From Candidatus Marinacidobacterium sp. (GTDB lineage Bacteria > Acidobacteriota > Vicinamibacteria > Marinacidobacterales > Marinacidobacteraceae), in NCBI GenBank assembly GCA_965220965.1, contig OZ244852.1:1248001-1312000 (forward strand): a DNA stretch of 64,000 nt, in the 5' to 3' direction. Below are positions 9,463 to 19,559 of the stretch, piece by piece. The notes under the pieces are model-generated. The model was not told the DNA's origin. It worked only from the letters and a program-made list of their open reading frames with translations, and did no database searches. Position 1 is the first letter of the stretch; every line of letters begins with the position of its first letter. The position numbers and the translations under genes are program-made.

Positions 9463-11009
9463 GACTCCTCCCGGGGCCGCAGGTGCGGGAACAGGATGAC
9501 GTCCCGGATCGCGGCCGAGTCGGTGAGGAGCATGGCGAGCCGGTCCACGCCGACGCCGACCCCGCCGGTGGGCGGCAGACCGTGGCGGAGCGCCTCGATG
9601 TAGTCGCGGTCCATGGCGTGTTCCTCGCCTCCCTGTCGCCGGGCGATCTGCTCGCCGAAGCGCGCCGCCTGCTCGTCCGGGTCGTTCAGCTCGGAGAACC
9701 CGTTCGCAATCTCGAGGCCACCGACGAACAGCTCGAACCGCTCGGTGAACCCGGGAACGTCGGGGTCCGCCTTGGAGAGCGGGGACACCTCGACCGGGTA
9801 GCCGGTCACGAATGTGGGCTGGATGAGGCTGCGCTCGCAGAGCGCCTCGAACAGGCTGAGCAGCAGCTTGCCCGGGCCCGCCGGCGGCGGGGGCGGAACG
9901 AGATCCAGCTCGCGGTGGAGCTCGGCGAGCCTCGCGGCGTCGCCCAGCTCTTCGGGCGCCAGGTCGAAACCGCGCTCCGCGAGCGCCCCGAGCGTCGCGC
10001 CCGAGAGCGTGGCCCGGGCGAAGGGCGGCTGGAAGGCGATCTCGTGCTCCCCGAACCGGACCGGACCCGCGCCCCGCACCTCCGCGGCGGCCGCCGCGAC
10101 CAGCCGCTCGGTGAGGTCCATCATGAAGGCGCAGTCGCTGAAGGCCCGGTAGAACTCGAGCATCGTGAACTCCGGGTTGTGCCGCGTCGACAGGCCCTCG
10201 TTCCGGAAGTTGCGGTTGATTTCGTAGACGCGGGGGAAGCCGCCCACCACGAGGCGCTTCAGGTAGAGCTCGGGGGCGACCCGCAGGAACAGGTCGATGC
10301 CGAGCGCCTGGTGGTGCGTCTGGAACGGGCGGGCCGCGGCGCCGGTCGCGAGCGGCTGGAGCATCGGCGTCTCGACCTCGAGGAAGCCCTCGCCGTCCAT
10401 GAACCGCCGCAGCGCGGCCACCAGGCGCGCCCGGCGGAGGAAGACCTCCCGGGTCGCCGGGTTGGAGAGCAGGTCGAGGTAGCGCTGGCGGTAGCGGGTG
10501 TCGCGGTCGGTCAGGCCGTGCCACTTCTCCGGAAGCGGAAGGAGCGCCTTGGAGAGGAACGTCACCCGGTCGGCGCGCACCGTGAGTTCGTCGGAGCGCG
10601 TCCGGAACACCGGCCCTTCCACCCCGATCCAGTCGCCGTGGTCCAGCAGGCGGGTGATCCGGAAGTCGCGTTCCGGGAGCACGTCCTTGCGAACGTGCGC
10701 CTGGAGCGTCCCCTGCCCCTCGGCGAGGCGCAGGAACGCGGCCTTGCCGAACGACCGGATGGCGGCGACGCGGCCCGCGACCCGGACCTCGCGGTCGGTC
10801 TCGGGCGACTCCTCGAGCGCCGCGCCGTCGAGCCCGCCGAACGCCGCATGGACCGCTTCGAGCGTGTGGCTCGCGTCGAAGCGGTTCGGCCACGCCGCAA
10901 CGCCGAGTTCGCGGATCTGCGCCAGCTTCTCCCGGCGGTTGGCCTCGTCGCGGCCGGGAGCGCTCGCGCCCGCCGGAGGTCGCCGACCGGCCGCGCCCTC
11001 GCCGGTCAC
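9459..11009 (-). CDS. lysS: Lysine--tRNA ligase (class II)
   Basis: LPEKWHGL, RYRQRYLDL, RVAPELYLKRL, FRNEG, GLPPTGGVGVGVDRL. Confidence 0.97.
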   Translation of the reverse strand: MTGEGAAGRRPPAGASAPGRDEANRREKLAQIRELGVAAWPNRFDASHTLEAVHAAFGGLDGAALEESPETDREVRVAGRVAAIRSFGKAAFLRLAEGQGTLQAHVRKDVLPERDFRITRLLDHGDWIGVEGPVFRTRSDELTVRADRVTFLSKALLPLPEKWHGLTDRDTRYRQRYLDLLSNPATREVFLRRARLVAALRRFMDGEGFLEVETPMLQPLATGAAARPFQTHHQALGIDLFLRVAPELYLKRLVVGGFPRVYEINRNFRNEGLSTRHNPEFTMLEFYRAFSDCAFMMDLTERLVAAAAAEVRGAGPVRFGEHEIAFQPPFARATLSGATLGALAERGFDLAPEELGDAARLAELHRELDLVPPPPPAGPGKLLLSLFEALCERSLIQPTFVTGYPVEVSPLSKADPDVPGFTERFELFVGGLEIANGFSELNDPDEQAARFGEQIARRQGGEEHAMDRDYIEALRHGLPPTGGVGVGVDRLAMLLTDSAAIRDVILFPHLRPREES

Positions 11010-11470
11010 CCTGTCACCTCACCGGGCTGCGGTTCCGGTTCCGGCTCACCCTCCGGACCGAAACCCTGGATCACCGCGTCCACGACCGCGTGGATGAAGC
11101 TGGTGGAAGCCTCGCCGGCGTAGCGCCGGGCGACTTCGACCGCCTCGGTCAGGACCACGCGGGGAGGCGCGCTGCCGACGAGCAGTTCCGCGACCGCAAC
11201 GCGCAGGACGCTCCGCTCCACGCGGCCCATGTTGTCCCGCCACCACGGCCGGGTGGCCTCGCCGACCCGGCGATCGATCTCGGGGAGGCGCTCCCAGGCC
11301 GCGCGCGCCAGCGTCCCGGCGAACTCGAGGTGGGCGGCGCTGGCGCGGGTCAGCGCCCCGACGTCGCGGATGATCTGCTCACCGGGCGCCGGGTTGGCCT
11401 CCCACGAGGAGAGCATCTGCGCCGCCAGTTCCCGGCCGCGCCGGCGCCGCCTCGCCGTCTTCGAGTCCAT
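11006..11470 (-). CDS. nusB: Transcription antitermination factor NusB
   Basis: RRRGRELAAQML, VERSVLR, EAVEVARRY, FIHAVVD; ribH-nusB synteny. Confidence 0.88.
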   Translation of the reverse strand: MDSKTARRRRRGRELAAQMLSSWEANPAPGEQIIRDVGALTRASAAHLEFAGTLARAAWERLPEIDRRVGEATRPWWRDNMGRVERSVLRVAVAELLVGSAPPRVVLTEAVEVARRYAGEASTSFIHAVVDAVIQGFGPEGEPEPEPQPGEVTG

Positions 11471-11482
11471 GGGGGAATCGTC

Positions 11483-12007
11483 TCACGCGGATCCCGGGGC
11501 CGATCCATCGACCGGACCGAGATCCACCGGCCGGCCGCGGGTCTGCGACGCGCGGGCTCGCAGCAGCCCGGCGACCGCGCGGGCGGCGTCCTCGCCCCGG
11601 TTCCCCTTCGCTCCCCCGGAGCGCGCCTCCGCCTGTTCCGGAGTGTCCACCGTGAGCACCGCGTTCCCGACCGGGACGCCGGTGCGGACCGCGACCTCGA
11701 GCAGCGAGGCGGTCACCGCCGCCGCCAGGTGGCGGTCGTGCGAGGTCTCGCCCCGGACGATCGAGGCGCACGCCACGACCCCGTCCACCTCGCCCTCCGC
11801 CGCCAGCCAGGCGGTGAACTGCGCCACCTCGAAGGCGGCGGGAACGCCGTGACGGTCCACGCGGGCGCCCCGCTTCTCGAGCCAGGCGCAGGCGGCGTCG
11901 GCGAGGCGCGCCGAGGCGGCGTCGCGCTCCGAGGCCACGACCCCGATCCGGCGCCCCTCGAGGGGCGAGGCTTCCGGAGCGGACCGGGGGGCGGCGTCAG
12001 CGGCCAC
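11483..12007 (-). CDS. ribH: 6,7-dimethyl-8-ribityllumazine synthase (divergent)
   Basis: VPAAFE, IVRGETSH, PVGNAVLT, QAEARSG..GNRGEDAA; GTG start at 12007 inferred. Confidence 0.82.
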   Translation of the reverse strand: MAADAAPRSAPEASPLEGRRIGVVASERDAASARLADAACAWLEKRGARVDRHGVPAAFEVAQFTAWLAAEGEVDGVVACASIVRGETSHDRHLAAAVTASLLEVAVRTGVPVGNAVLTVDTPEQAEARSGGAKGNRGEDAARAVAGLLRARASQTRGRPVDLGPVDGSAPGSA

Positions 12008-12785
12008 GGAATCGCGGCGGGCGCTTCTCGAGGAACGCGGCCAGGCCCTCCCGCATGTCTTCGGTGCCGGCGAGCGAGGCGAAGAGCGAGGCCTCGAGCG
12101 CCAGACCGCGCTCCATGTCGCCCCCCGACCCGCGGATCGCGGCGAGGGCGTGGCGGACCGCGACCGGCCCGTTCGCGTAGACCCGGTCGACGAGCGCGAA
12201 CGCCGCCTCGACCGGGTCATCATGGACCTTATCCACCAGCCGGAAGTGGTGCGCCAGCGCCGCGGTCACCGGCTCGCCGGTCAGGACCATGCGGATGGCC
12301 TCCGACCGGCCGACGAGTCGGGGGAGACGCTGCGTTCCGCCGTACCCGGGGATGACCCCGAGCCGGACCTCGGGAAGGCCCAGCCGCGCCCTGGGGCTCG
12401 CGATCCGGATGTGGCAGGCGAGGGCCAGCTCGAGGCCGCCGCCGAGCGCAAAGCCGTTCACCGCGGCGATGACCGGACGCGAGGAGGCCTCGATCCGGGA
12501 GAACAGCGCCTGGCCCCGGCGGGAGACCGCGAGCGCGCGCTCGGGAGTGAGCCCCTGGAGTTCGGTGATGTCGGCCCCCGCGACGAAGGCCCGGTCGCCC
12601 GCCCCGGTGATGACGACGGCTGCGAGTTCCTCGTCGCCCTCCAGCTCGCGGAAGGCGTCCTCGAGCTGGTCCAGCGTGGCCCGGTTCAGCGCGTTCAGGG
12701 CCTTCGGCCGATCCACCGTGACGAGCGCCGCCGGATGGCCGGCCGGGGTCTTCCGCCGGTCGACGCGGACCGTGGTCGCGCTCAC
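11997..12785 (-). CDS. Enoyl-CoA hydratase/crotonase family protein
   Basis: RPKALNAL, FVAGADI, NGFALGGGLELALAC, PGYGGTQRL. Confidence 0.92.
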   Translation of the reverse strand: MSATTVRVDRRKTPAGHPAALVTVDRPKALNALNRATLDQLEDAFRELEGDEELAAVVITGAGDRAFVAGADITELQGLTPERALAVSRRGQALFSRIEASSRPVIAAVNGFALGGGLELALACHIRIASPRARLGLPEVRLGVIPGYGGTQRLPRLVGRSEAIRMVLTGEPVTAALAHHFRLVDKVHDDPVEAAFALVDRVYANGPVAVRHALAAIRGSGGDMERGLALEASLFASLAGTEDMREGLAAFLEKRPPRFRGR

Positions 12786-12816
12786 GACTCTCTTGCGGGA
12801 AGCGGGGATCGCCGCC

Positions 12817-14019
12817 TCACGCCGACTCGACGACCATCGCGATCCCCTGCCCGCCTCCGATGCACGCGGTCGCCAGACCGAAGCGGCTTCCGCTCCGGCG
12901 CAGCTCGAGCAGGAGGGTCAGCAGCAGCCGGGTCCCGGTGGCGCCGAGCGGATGCCCGAGCGCGATGGCGCCGCCGTTCACGTTGACGCGGTCGCGGTCG
13001 AGCCCCAGCTCGCGCTCCACCGCCAGGTACTGCGGCGCGAAGGCCTCGTTGACCTCGATGCGGTCCATGTCTTCGAGGCGGAGCCCGGCGGCCTGAAGAG
13101 CGGCGCGGCTCGCCGGGACCGGGCCCAGGCCCATCGACTCGGGAGGGACGCCGGCGGTCGCCCAGGAGACGACCCGTCCGAGCGCCTCGGCCCCGCCGGC
13201 GGCCTCCTTCGTCGCGAGCACCAGCGCGGCGGCGCCGTCCACGATGCCGCTCGCGTTCCCGGCGGTGACCAGGCCGTCCTTCCGGAAGGAGGGGCGGAGG
13301 CTGCGGAGCCCCTCGAGCGTCGTCTCCGGCCGCCGGTGGCCGTCCTCGGCGACAACGGTTTCGCCCTTGCGCGTCTTCAGCGTGACCGGGACGATTTCCT
13401 CGGCGTGGACGCCGGCGCGGAAGGCCCGGTCGGCGGTCTGCTGACTGCGGAACGCGAACTCGTCGCACTCGTCCCGCGTCACGCCGGTCTGCGCCGCCAC
13501 GTTCTCGGCGGTGTCCGACATCGTCATCCCGCAGCGGTTGTCGGTGAGGGCCGCCACCAGGCTGTCCTCGAGCGCGCCGTGCCCGAGCCGGAGCCCGGTT
13601 CGGGCCCTGCGGATCACGAAGGGCGCCTGGCTCATCGACTCCATGCCGCCGGCGAGCACCAGCCCGGCCTCGCCGGCGAGCATCAGGTGGGCGCCCGAGA
13701 TCACCGACTGGATCCCCGAGCCGCAGAGGCGGTTCACCGTCAGCGCGGGAACCGGATCCGGCGCGCCGGCGCCGAGCCCGACGTGCCGCGCGCCGTAGAT
13801 CCCGTCCGCGCTCGTCTGCTGGGCGTTGCCGAAGACCACGTGGTCGACGCGGTCCGGCGCCACCTCCGCGCGCGCCAGCGCGCCACGGGCGGCTTCCACC
13901 CCGAGCTCGACCGCCGTCCGTTCCGCAAACGGCCCGAGGAACTTCCCCATCGGGGTCCGCGCTCCCGCCAGGACCAGGATGTCCGTCGCCGGCGCACAGG
14001 CGTTGTTTCCGGAGGCCAC
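12817..14019 (-). CDS. Acetyl-CoA C-acyltransferase (thiolase)
   Basis: [33 protein letters not shown]; start approximate. Confidence 0.92.
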   Translation of the reverse strand: MASGNNACAPATDILVLAGARTPMGKFLGPFAERTAVELGVEAARGALARAEVAPDRVDHVVFGNAQQTSADGIYGARHVGLGAGAPDPVPALTVNRLCGSGIQSVISGAHLMLAGEAGLVLAGGMESMSQAPFVIRRARTGLRLGHGALEDSLVAALTDNRCGMTMSDTAENVAAQTGVTRDECDEFAFRSQQTADRAFRAGVHAEEIVPVTLKTRKGETVVAEDGHRRPETTLEGLRSLRPSFRKDGLVTAGNASGIVDGAAALVLATKEAAGGAEALGRVVSWATAGVPPESMGLGPVPASRAALQAAGLRLEDMDRIEVNEAFAPQYLAVERELGLDRDRVNVNGGAIALGHPLGATGTRLLLTLLLELRRSGSRFGLATACIGGGQGIAMVVESA

Positions 14020-14076
14020 GGCGGGCGGAAGGCTATCGCGGCAAGGCCGGGCCGCCCGGCCGCCGGTCGGGTGACT

Positions 14077-14520
14077 ATGCTCTTCGCCGTGAACGACCCG
14101 GGCGCGGCCGCCAGCAGCCCGGACGCGCGCCGGAAGACCGGCGAGCGGGATCCGGTGGCCCCCTGCGCGCTGGGGCTGCTCGTCCCCGGGCTCGGGCACG
14201 CGCTCCTCGGGAGGCGGGGGACCGGGGCGGTCTTCTTCGCCTCGATCAGCCTCCTGTTCGGCTTCGGGATCGCGATGGAGGGCGAGCTGTTCCCGCTGGA
14301 GCCCGCGGCGCCGCTGACCCTGCTCGCCGGTCTCGCCGAGATGGGCTCGGGAGGGCTCTACGTGGCGGCGCGCCTCCTCGGCCTCGGCGAGGGGGTCCCG
14401 GCCGCGCCCACCTACGAATACGGTTACGCCTACCTGATCGTCGCCGGACTGCTGAACGCGCTCGTCGTGCTCGACGCCTGGGACATCGCGACCGGACAGA
14501 AGGGCGCCGCTTCCTCGTGA
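14077..14520 (+). CDS. Membrane protein (DUF6677-like)
   Basis: LLVPGLGH, YEYG..YLIVAGLLNALVVLDAWDIA; family recalled, not searched. Confidence 0.7.
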   Translation: MLFAVNDPGAAASSPDARRKTGERDPVAPCALGLLVPGLGHALLGRRGTGAVFFASISLLFGFGIAMEGELFPLEPAAPLTLLAGLAEMGSGGLYVAARLLGLGEGVPAAPTYEYGYAYLIVAGLLNALVVLDAWDIATGQKGAASS

Positions 14521-14687
14521 GCCACTTCGAGGCGCTCACGCTGTTCGCGGCGCTGGTGTCCCCGGCGCTCGCCTGCCTGCTGCGCGAGGGGACGCGCCCC
14601 CGGGTCCGCTTCGCCCTGTGGTCCTTCGCGGCGTTCCTCGGTTTCGCGTTCGGGGTGGGCTGGCTCATGTACCTGCTGGGCGCCTGA
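14517..14687 (+). CDS. Small 56-aa two-TM membrane protein (not in ORF track)
   Basis: GTG overlapping the upstream TGA; MSHFEALTLFAALVSPALACLLREGTRPRVRFALWSFAAFLGFAFGVGWLMYLLGA; fills the gap before nupC. Confidence 0.7.
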   Translation: MSHFEALTLFAALVSPALACLLREGTRPRVRFALWSFAAFLGFAFGVGWLMYLLGA

Positions 14688-14715
14688 TCGCAGGCGGCGA
14701 GACTCCCCGACTCCC

Positions 14716-15921
14716 ATGGGCTCGGCGACGGCGATCCTCGGGATCCCTGTCCTGATCGGGATCGCCTGGGCCGCGTCCACCGACCGCCGGCGGTTCCCCT
14801 GGCGGGTCGTCGCGTGGTCGCTGGCGCTCCAGGTCGCGTTCGCGCTGCTGGTGCTGAAGACGACCGCGGGGGCGGCGGCGCTCGGCGCGGTCGCCGACGT
14901 GGTGGAGCTCGGGCTCCAGCAGGCGCGGGCGGGCATCGAGCTGCTGTTCGGCCCGCTGGCCGACGAGGAGCGCTTCGGCGTCATCCTCGCGATTTCGGCG
15001 CTCCCGGCGATCATCTACATCGCCTCGTTCTTCGGCGTCCTCTACTACCTGGGCATCCTGCAGCTCGCCGTCTTCGGGATGGCCAAGCTCATGGTCCGGA
15101 CCCTCGGGACGAGCGGCGCGGAAACGCTCGCGGCGGCGGCGAACGTGTTCATGGGTCAGACCGAGGCCCCGCTGGTGGTGGCGCCCTACCTCGAGCGCAT
15201 GACGAAGTCCGAGATCCACGCCGTCATGGTGTCGGGGATGGCGACGGTCTCGGGGGGCATGCTGGCGGCGTTCATCGCGCTGGGAGTCGACGGACGGCTG
15301 CTGCTCGCGGCGAGCGTGGTGAACGCCCCGGCGGCGCTCATGATGGCCAAGATCATCGCGCCCGAGACCGGCAAGCCGGTGACCGCGGGGCGGGTCCGCT
15401 ACGAGTTCGAACGGAAGGAAGTGAACCTGATCGAGGCGGCGGCCAACGGCGCCTCGGCGGGGATGCGGCTCGTGCTGAACGTGGCGGCGATGCTGATCGC
15501 GTTCCTCAGCCTGGTGGCGCTGGTGGACCTGCCGCTGGGCCTTCTCGGCCTGTCGCTCTCGCAGATCCTGGGATGGGTCTTCGCGCCGATCGCCTTCCTC
15601 ATCGGGGTTCCCGCCGGCGAGATCTCCACCGTCGCCTCGATGCTCGGCAAGAAGCTGATCCTGAACGAGTTCGTCGCGTTCCTCGATCTCGCCGCGCTGA
15701 AGGGGACCGGGGCGCTCTCCCCCCGGAGCGAGGTCATCGCGACCTTCGCCCTCTGCGGGTTCGCGAACCTGAGCTCGATCGGCATCCAGATCGGGGGCAT
15801 CGGGGCGCTGGCTCCCGGCCGCAAGAAGGATCTCGCGCGGCTCGGCATGCGGGCGCTTCTCGGCGGGACGCTCGCGACGCTCGTCACCGCGGCGATCGCC
15901 GGCATGCTGTCGGGCGCCTGA
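14716..15921 (+). CDS. nupC: Concentrative nucleoside transporter (CNT/NupC family)
   Basis: ANVFMGQTEAPL, GMATVSG, KLILNEFVAF, LCGFANLSSIGIQIGG. Confidence 0.93.
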   Translation: MGSATAILGIPVLIGIAWAASTDRRRFPWRVVAWSLALQVAFALLVLKTTAGAAALGAVADVVELGLQQARAGIELLFGPLADEERFGVILAISALPAIIYIASFFGVLYYLGILQLAVFGMAKLMVRTLGTSGAETLAAAANVFMGQTEAPLVVAPYLERMTKSEIHAVMVSGMATVSGGMLAAFIALGVDGRLLLAASVVNAPAALMMAKIIAPETGKPVTAGRVRYEFERKEVNLIEAAANGASAGMRLVLNVAAMLIAFLSLVALVDLPLGLLGLSLSQILGWVFAPIAFLIGVPAGEISTVASMLGKKLILNEFVAFLDLAALKGTGALSPRSEVIATFALCGFANLSSIGIQIGGIGALAPGRKKDLARLGMRALLGGTLATLVTAAIAGMLSGA

Positions 15922-15922
15922 G

Positions 15923-16804
15923 ATGGACCCCGAAGTCCGCCGCGAGCTCGACCGAGCCGCCTCGGCGGTGCGCCGGGAGGTCGGCGCGGCGTTTCCGCAG
16001 GTGGGGCTGGTGCTCGGGTCCGGCCTCGCCGGCGCGGCGGACGCCCTCGGCGCCGCCCGGAGCCTGCCCTACGACCGGATCCCGGGTCTCGCGGACTGCA
16101 CCGCGCCCGGACACCGGAGCCGCCTGGTCGTGGGGGAGCTCGCCGCAGCCTCCGGGCCGGGCCTGCCGGTCGCGACGCTCTCGGGGCGGCATCACCTCTA
16201 CGAGGGACACAGCGCCGCGAGCGCGGCCTTCGGGGTGCGCCTGCTCGCCACGCTCGGGGTGCGGCGGCTCGTCCTGACCGCGGCCGTCGGAGCGATCCGC
16301 CCCGGGCTCGACGCCGGGGACTTCCTGCGCATCGAGGACCACCTCAACCTCACCGGAACGAGCCCGCTCGAGGGGCCGGAGCCGGGCCCGGAAGCCCGCT
16401 TTCCCGACATGTCCCGGGTCTGGGATCCGGCGCTGGGAGCGGCCCTCGACCGGGCGGCGGAGCGGGTGGGGATGAAGCTGCCCGCCGGGGTCTACGCCGG
16501 GGTCCGCGGCCCGCAGTTCGAGACGCCGGCCGAGATCCGGATGCTCGCCCGGATGGGCGCCGATGTCGTCGGCATGTCGGTCGTGATGGAGGCGATCGCC
16601 GCCCGGCACTGCGGCGTTCGGCTCGCCGGACTCGCGTTCGCCTCGAACCTCGCCGCCGGGATCAGCCCGGTCCCGCTCGACGCCGACCACGTCACCGAGG
16701 CCGCCAGGCGAGCCGTCCCCCGGCTGACCGCGCTCCTCGGCGCGGCGGCGGACGAGGCGGAGTTTCGCGGGGAGGACGCTCCCCCGACTCAGGTTGAGGC
16801 CTGA
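15923..16804 (+). CDS. Purine-nucleoside phosphorylase (trimeric type)
   Basis: LVLGSGL, GRHHLYEG, GPQFETPAE, ADVVGMS, SNLAAG. Confidence 0.9.
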   Translation: MDPEVRRELDRAASAVRREVGAAFPQVGLVLGSGLAGAADALGAARSLPYDRIPGLADCTAPGHRSRLVVGELAAASGPGLPVATLSGRHHLYEGHSAASAAFGVRLLATLGVRRLVLTAAVGAIRPGLDAGDFLRIEDHLNLTGTSPLEGPEPGPEARFPDMSRVWDPALGAALDRAAERVGMKLPAGVYAGVRGPQFETPAEIRMLARMGADVVGMSVVMEAIAARHCGVRLAGLAFASNLAAGISPVPLDADHVTEAARRAVPRLTALLGAAADEAEFRGEDAPPTQVEA

Positions 16805-17361
16805 GGCGACTCCAGCCAGCCCACGAACGGCAGGTGCCGGTAGCGTCCGGCGAAGTCGAGGCCGTATCCGACGACGAAGCGGTCCGGGATCACGAACCCG
16901 GTGAAGTCCGCCTCGATGGGGAGCCGCCGCCGGGCCGGCTTCGAGAGAAGCGCGGCGGAGCGCAGCGTGCGCGGCCGGTGCGGCGCAACCGCGCGCACCA
17001 GCGCGTCGAGCGCGATTCCGGTGTCCACGATGTCCTCCACGATGAGGACGTCGCGGTCCCGGAGGCTCTCGGCGTCGTAGAGGTGGACTTCGGGGGTTCC
17101 CGGCTCGGTCCCGTCCCGGTAGCTGACGATCCGGCAGAAGTCGACCGTGACCTCCATCCCCTCCCCCGCGAGGGCGCGGGCCAGATCGGCCGCGAACAGG
17201 AAGGCGCCCCGCAGGACGACCAGCAGGTGGAGGTCGGCGCCGCCTCCCGCCGCGTCGCGGCGCCCGGCGGCGATATCGCGGGCCAGCTCCCGCACCCGCC
17301 CGGCGATGGCGGACGCCGAGAGCAGTTCGGGCGGCGCCTGCCCGGAACCGGTCTTCGTCAC
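16789..17361 (-). CDS. hpt: Hypoxanthine phosphoribosyltransferase
   Basis: VLRGAFLF, IVEDIVDTG, FVVGYGLD...YRHLP. Confidence 0.9.
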   Translation of the reverse strand: MTKTGSGQAPPELLSASAIAGRVRELARDIAAGRRDAAGGGADLHLLVVLRGAFLFAADLARALAGEGMEVTVDFCRIVSYRDGTEPGTPEVHLYDAESLRDRDVLIVEDIVDTGIALDALVRAVAPHRPRTLRSAALLSKPARRRLPIEADFTGFVIPDRFVVGYGLDFAGRYRHLPFVGWLESPQAST

Positions 17362-17389
17362 AGGGAGGCGGTCCGGAAAGAGGACCGCG

Positions 17390-18337
17390 TCAGGGCGTCG
17401 GGAACAGGCCGAAGGTGACGATGATCACGCCGACGGCCTCGACCGGCTTCCCGTCCTTGAGCGCCGGCTTCCAGCGGTAGAGCGCCGCGTGTTGCCGCGC
17501 GGTCTCGACGCACGCCCGGCAGCCCGACTTGATGACGCCCAGCACCTCGGTGCTGCCGTCGAGCTTGACCAGAACCTGGAGCATCACGTCCCCGGTGATC
17601 CGCCGCCGGCGCGCCGACTCGGGGTACGGCGGCTCGTCGGGCTCGTAGACGAGCTCTGGCTCCACGTCGTAGCCGCCGGGGCTGTAGGCGCCGCCCCCGG
17701 AGCCGCCGCCATAACCGGGGCCCACGCCCCAGCCGCTGCCCTCTCCGGTCCCGATGCCTTCCCCGCCGCCGATGCCGCCGCCCTCGCCGGCGCTGGGGGC
17801 GGTGTCGCGTCCGCCGCGGTCCTCGAAGTCCGAGAGCGAGAGCCCGGGGAACTCCATCGCCTGCGGGGAGAACACGCTGCCGAGCAGCATGTCCGAGACG
17901 TCGGGCGAGTCCATGAGGTTGTCGAGGTCGTCGAACTTGAGGGGACGCGGTTTCCGGGGCGCGATCGGCGCCTCGCGGGGCTGCTCGGGCTCCGGGGCGG
18001 GCTGCGGCGCCTCTACCCGGACCGGGATGTAGGCGCTGATCCGGTCGCCGCGGCTACCGCCGCCCCCACCGCCGCCGCCGGCGCCCTCGCCTCCGGCGAT
18101 GCGGAAGTCGAAGCGCGGCAGCCCCGTCATGCTGCTGTCCGAGGAGTCCCGGAATGCGTTGAGGCCCGGGAGAATCAGGACGGCGCCCAGCGCCAGATGG
18201 AACCCGACCGAGACGAGCGCGGAGCGCCACTCCCCGTCGTGACCGGTGCGGCCCGATGCGACTCCCCCGGACGCCAGGCCGCTCAGCCGGTGCGCGGACC
18301 GCGACGCGGAGGCGTCCCGGCCTTGAGCGGTGTCCAT
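17390..18337 (-). CDS. Energy transducer TonB (Gly-rich linker)
   Basis: TM with SxxxH (SVGFH), Gly-rich tracts, C-terminal PYPESARRRRITGDV...WKPALKDGKPV; GAGGAG RBS. Confidence 0.85.
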   Translation of the reverse strand: MDTAQGRDASASRSAHRLSGLASGGVASGRTGHDGEWRSALVSVGFHLALGAVLILPGLNAFRDSSDSSMTGLPRFDFRIAGGEGAGGGGGGGGSRGDRISAYIPVRVEAPQPAPEPEQPREAPIAPRKPRPLKFDDLDNLMDSPDVSDMLLGSVFSPQAMEFPGLSLSDFEDRGGRDTAPSAGEGGGIGGGEGIGTGEGSGWGVGPGYGGGSGGGAYSPGGYDVEPELVYEPDEPPYPESARRRRITGDVMLQVLVKLDGSTEVLGVIKSGCRACVETARQHAALYRWKPALKDGKPVEAVGVIIVTFGLFPTP

Positions 18338-18371
18338 CACGAACTCCTCACCGCCTACCCCTGTGAGAATC

Positions 18372-19559
18372 CTAGCAGTCACTCGCGGACCCGCCCGCAG
18401 ACCGCAGAGGGGCCAAAACCTCGTCGGTGTGCTGTCCCTGCGTCGGGGGCGGGAGGTCGGCGGTGTGCGGCGTTCCCTCGAACTGGATCGGGTTGCCCAC
18501 GAGGCGCAGCTCCCCGACGGTCGGGTGTTCCCGCGAGACGACCATCTTCCGGGCCGCGAGCTGCGGGCTCGAGAGGATGTCGCTGACGGATCGGACGCGC
18601 CCCACCGGGATCCCGGCGTCGCCGAGGAGTTCCTCCCACGCGGCGACGGTCCGGTCGCGGAACCGGGGCTCGAGAAGCGCGCGCAGCTCGGCGCGGCGGC
18701 GCACGCGATCCGGGTTGACCCGGTACTCGGGCCGGTCCAGGTCGGGGGCGCACGCCTCGCAGAACCGCCGCCAGGCGGCGTCGTTTCCGACGCCCACGAT
18801 GACGTGCCCGTCGCTCGCCTCGAAGCTCTCGTAGGGGGTCAGCGAAGGGTGGCAGTTCCCGCTGCGGGCCGGGTCTTCGCCGGTCAGGAGCGTCCCCTGC
18901 GCCTGGTAGGTGAGCGTCGCCACCACCGAATCGAACAGCGCGATGTCCACCCGGCGCCCGCGTCCGGTGCGCTCCCGGTCGAAGAGCGCGGCGAGGATCC
19001 CGGAGGAAGCCATCATCCCGGCGGTGATGTCGGCGAGCGAGGCCCCCACCTTGGTGGGGGGACCTTCGGGAGGACCGGTGAGTCCCATCCAGCCGGCTTC
19101 GCCCTGCATGATGGCGTCGTAGCCGGGGAGCGAGGCCAGCGGGCCGTACTGCCCGTAGGCCGACACCGAGCACCAGATCATGCGGGGGCGCCGCTCGAGG
19201 ACCTTCTCGGCGGGAAACCCGAGCCGCGCGAGGGTTCCCGGGCGGAAGTTCTCGACGAGGACATCGGCCCGGTCGATGAGGAGCTCCAGGTCCGCGCGGC
19301 CGCGTTCGGTCTTGAGATCGATCGTGACGCTCTTCTTGCCCCGGTTCACCGCGAGGAAGTAGGCGCTCTCTCCCCCGGCGAACGGGGGGCCCCAGCTCCG
19401 GGTGTCGTCTCCGCTCGGCGGCTCCACCTTGACGACCTCGGCGCCGAGGTCGGCCAGCATCATCGTGGCGTACGGCCCGGCGAGAACCCGCGAGAGATCC
19501 ACCACCCGCACTCCGGCGAGCGGCGCGCCGGCAGAGGTCAACCCCGCCGACGGACTCAA
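18372..19559 (-). CDS. CaiB/BaiF family III CoA transferase
   Basis: LAGVRVVDLSRVLAGP, NRGKKS, ENFRPG, PGYD; TTG start overlapping the upstream stop inferred. Confidence 0.92.
   Translation of the reverse strand: MSPSAGLTSAGAPLAGVRVVDLSRVLAGPYATMMLADLGAEVVKVEPPSGDDTRSWGPPFAGGESAYFLAVNRGKKSVTIDLKTERGRADLELLIDRADVLVENFRPGTLARLGFPAEKVLERRPRMIWCSVSAYGQYGPLASLPGYDAIMQGEAGWMGLTGPPEGPPTKVGASLADITAGMMASSGILAALFDRERTGRGRRVDIALFDSVVATLTYQAQGTLLTGEDPARSGNCHPSLTPYESFEASDGHVIVGVGNDAAWRRFCEACAPDLDRPEYRVNPDRVRRRAELRALLEPRFRDRTVAAWEELLGDAGIPVGRVRSVSDILSSPQLAARKMVVSREHPTVGELRLVGNPIQFEGTPHTADLPPPTQGQHTDEVLAPLRSAGGSASDC

Noticed and set aside
17690-18100. GGC-rich repeats
   Set aside because: They encode the Gly-rich linker of TonB and are not an independent DNA repeat
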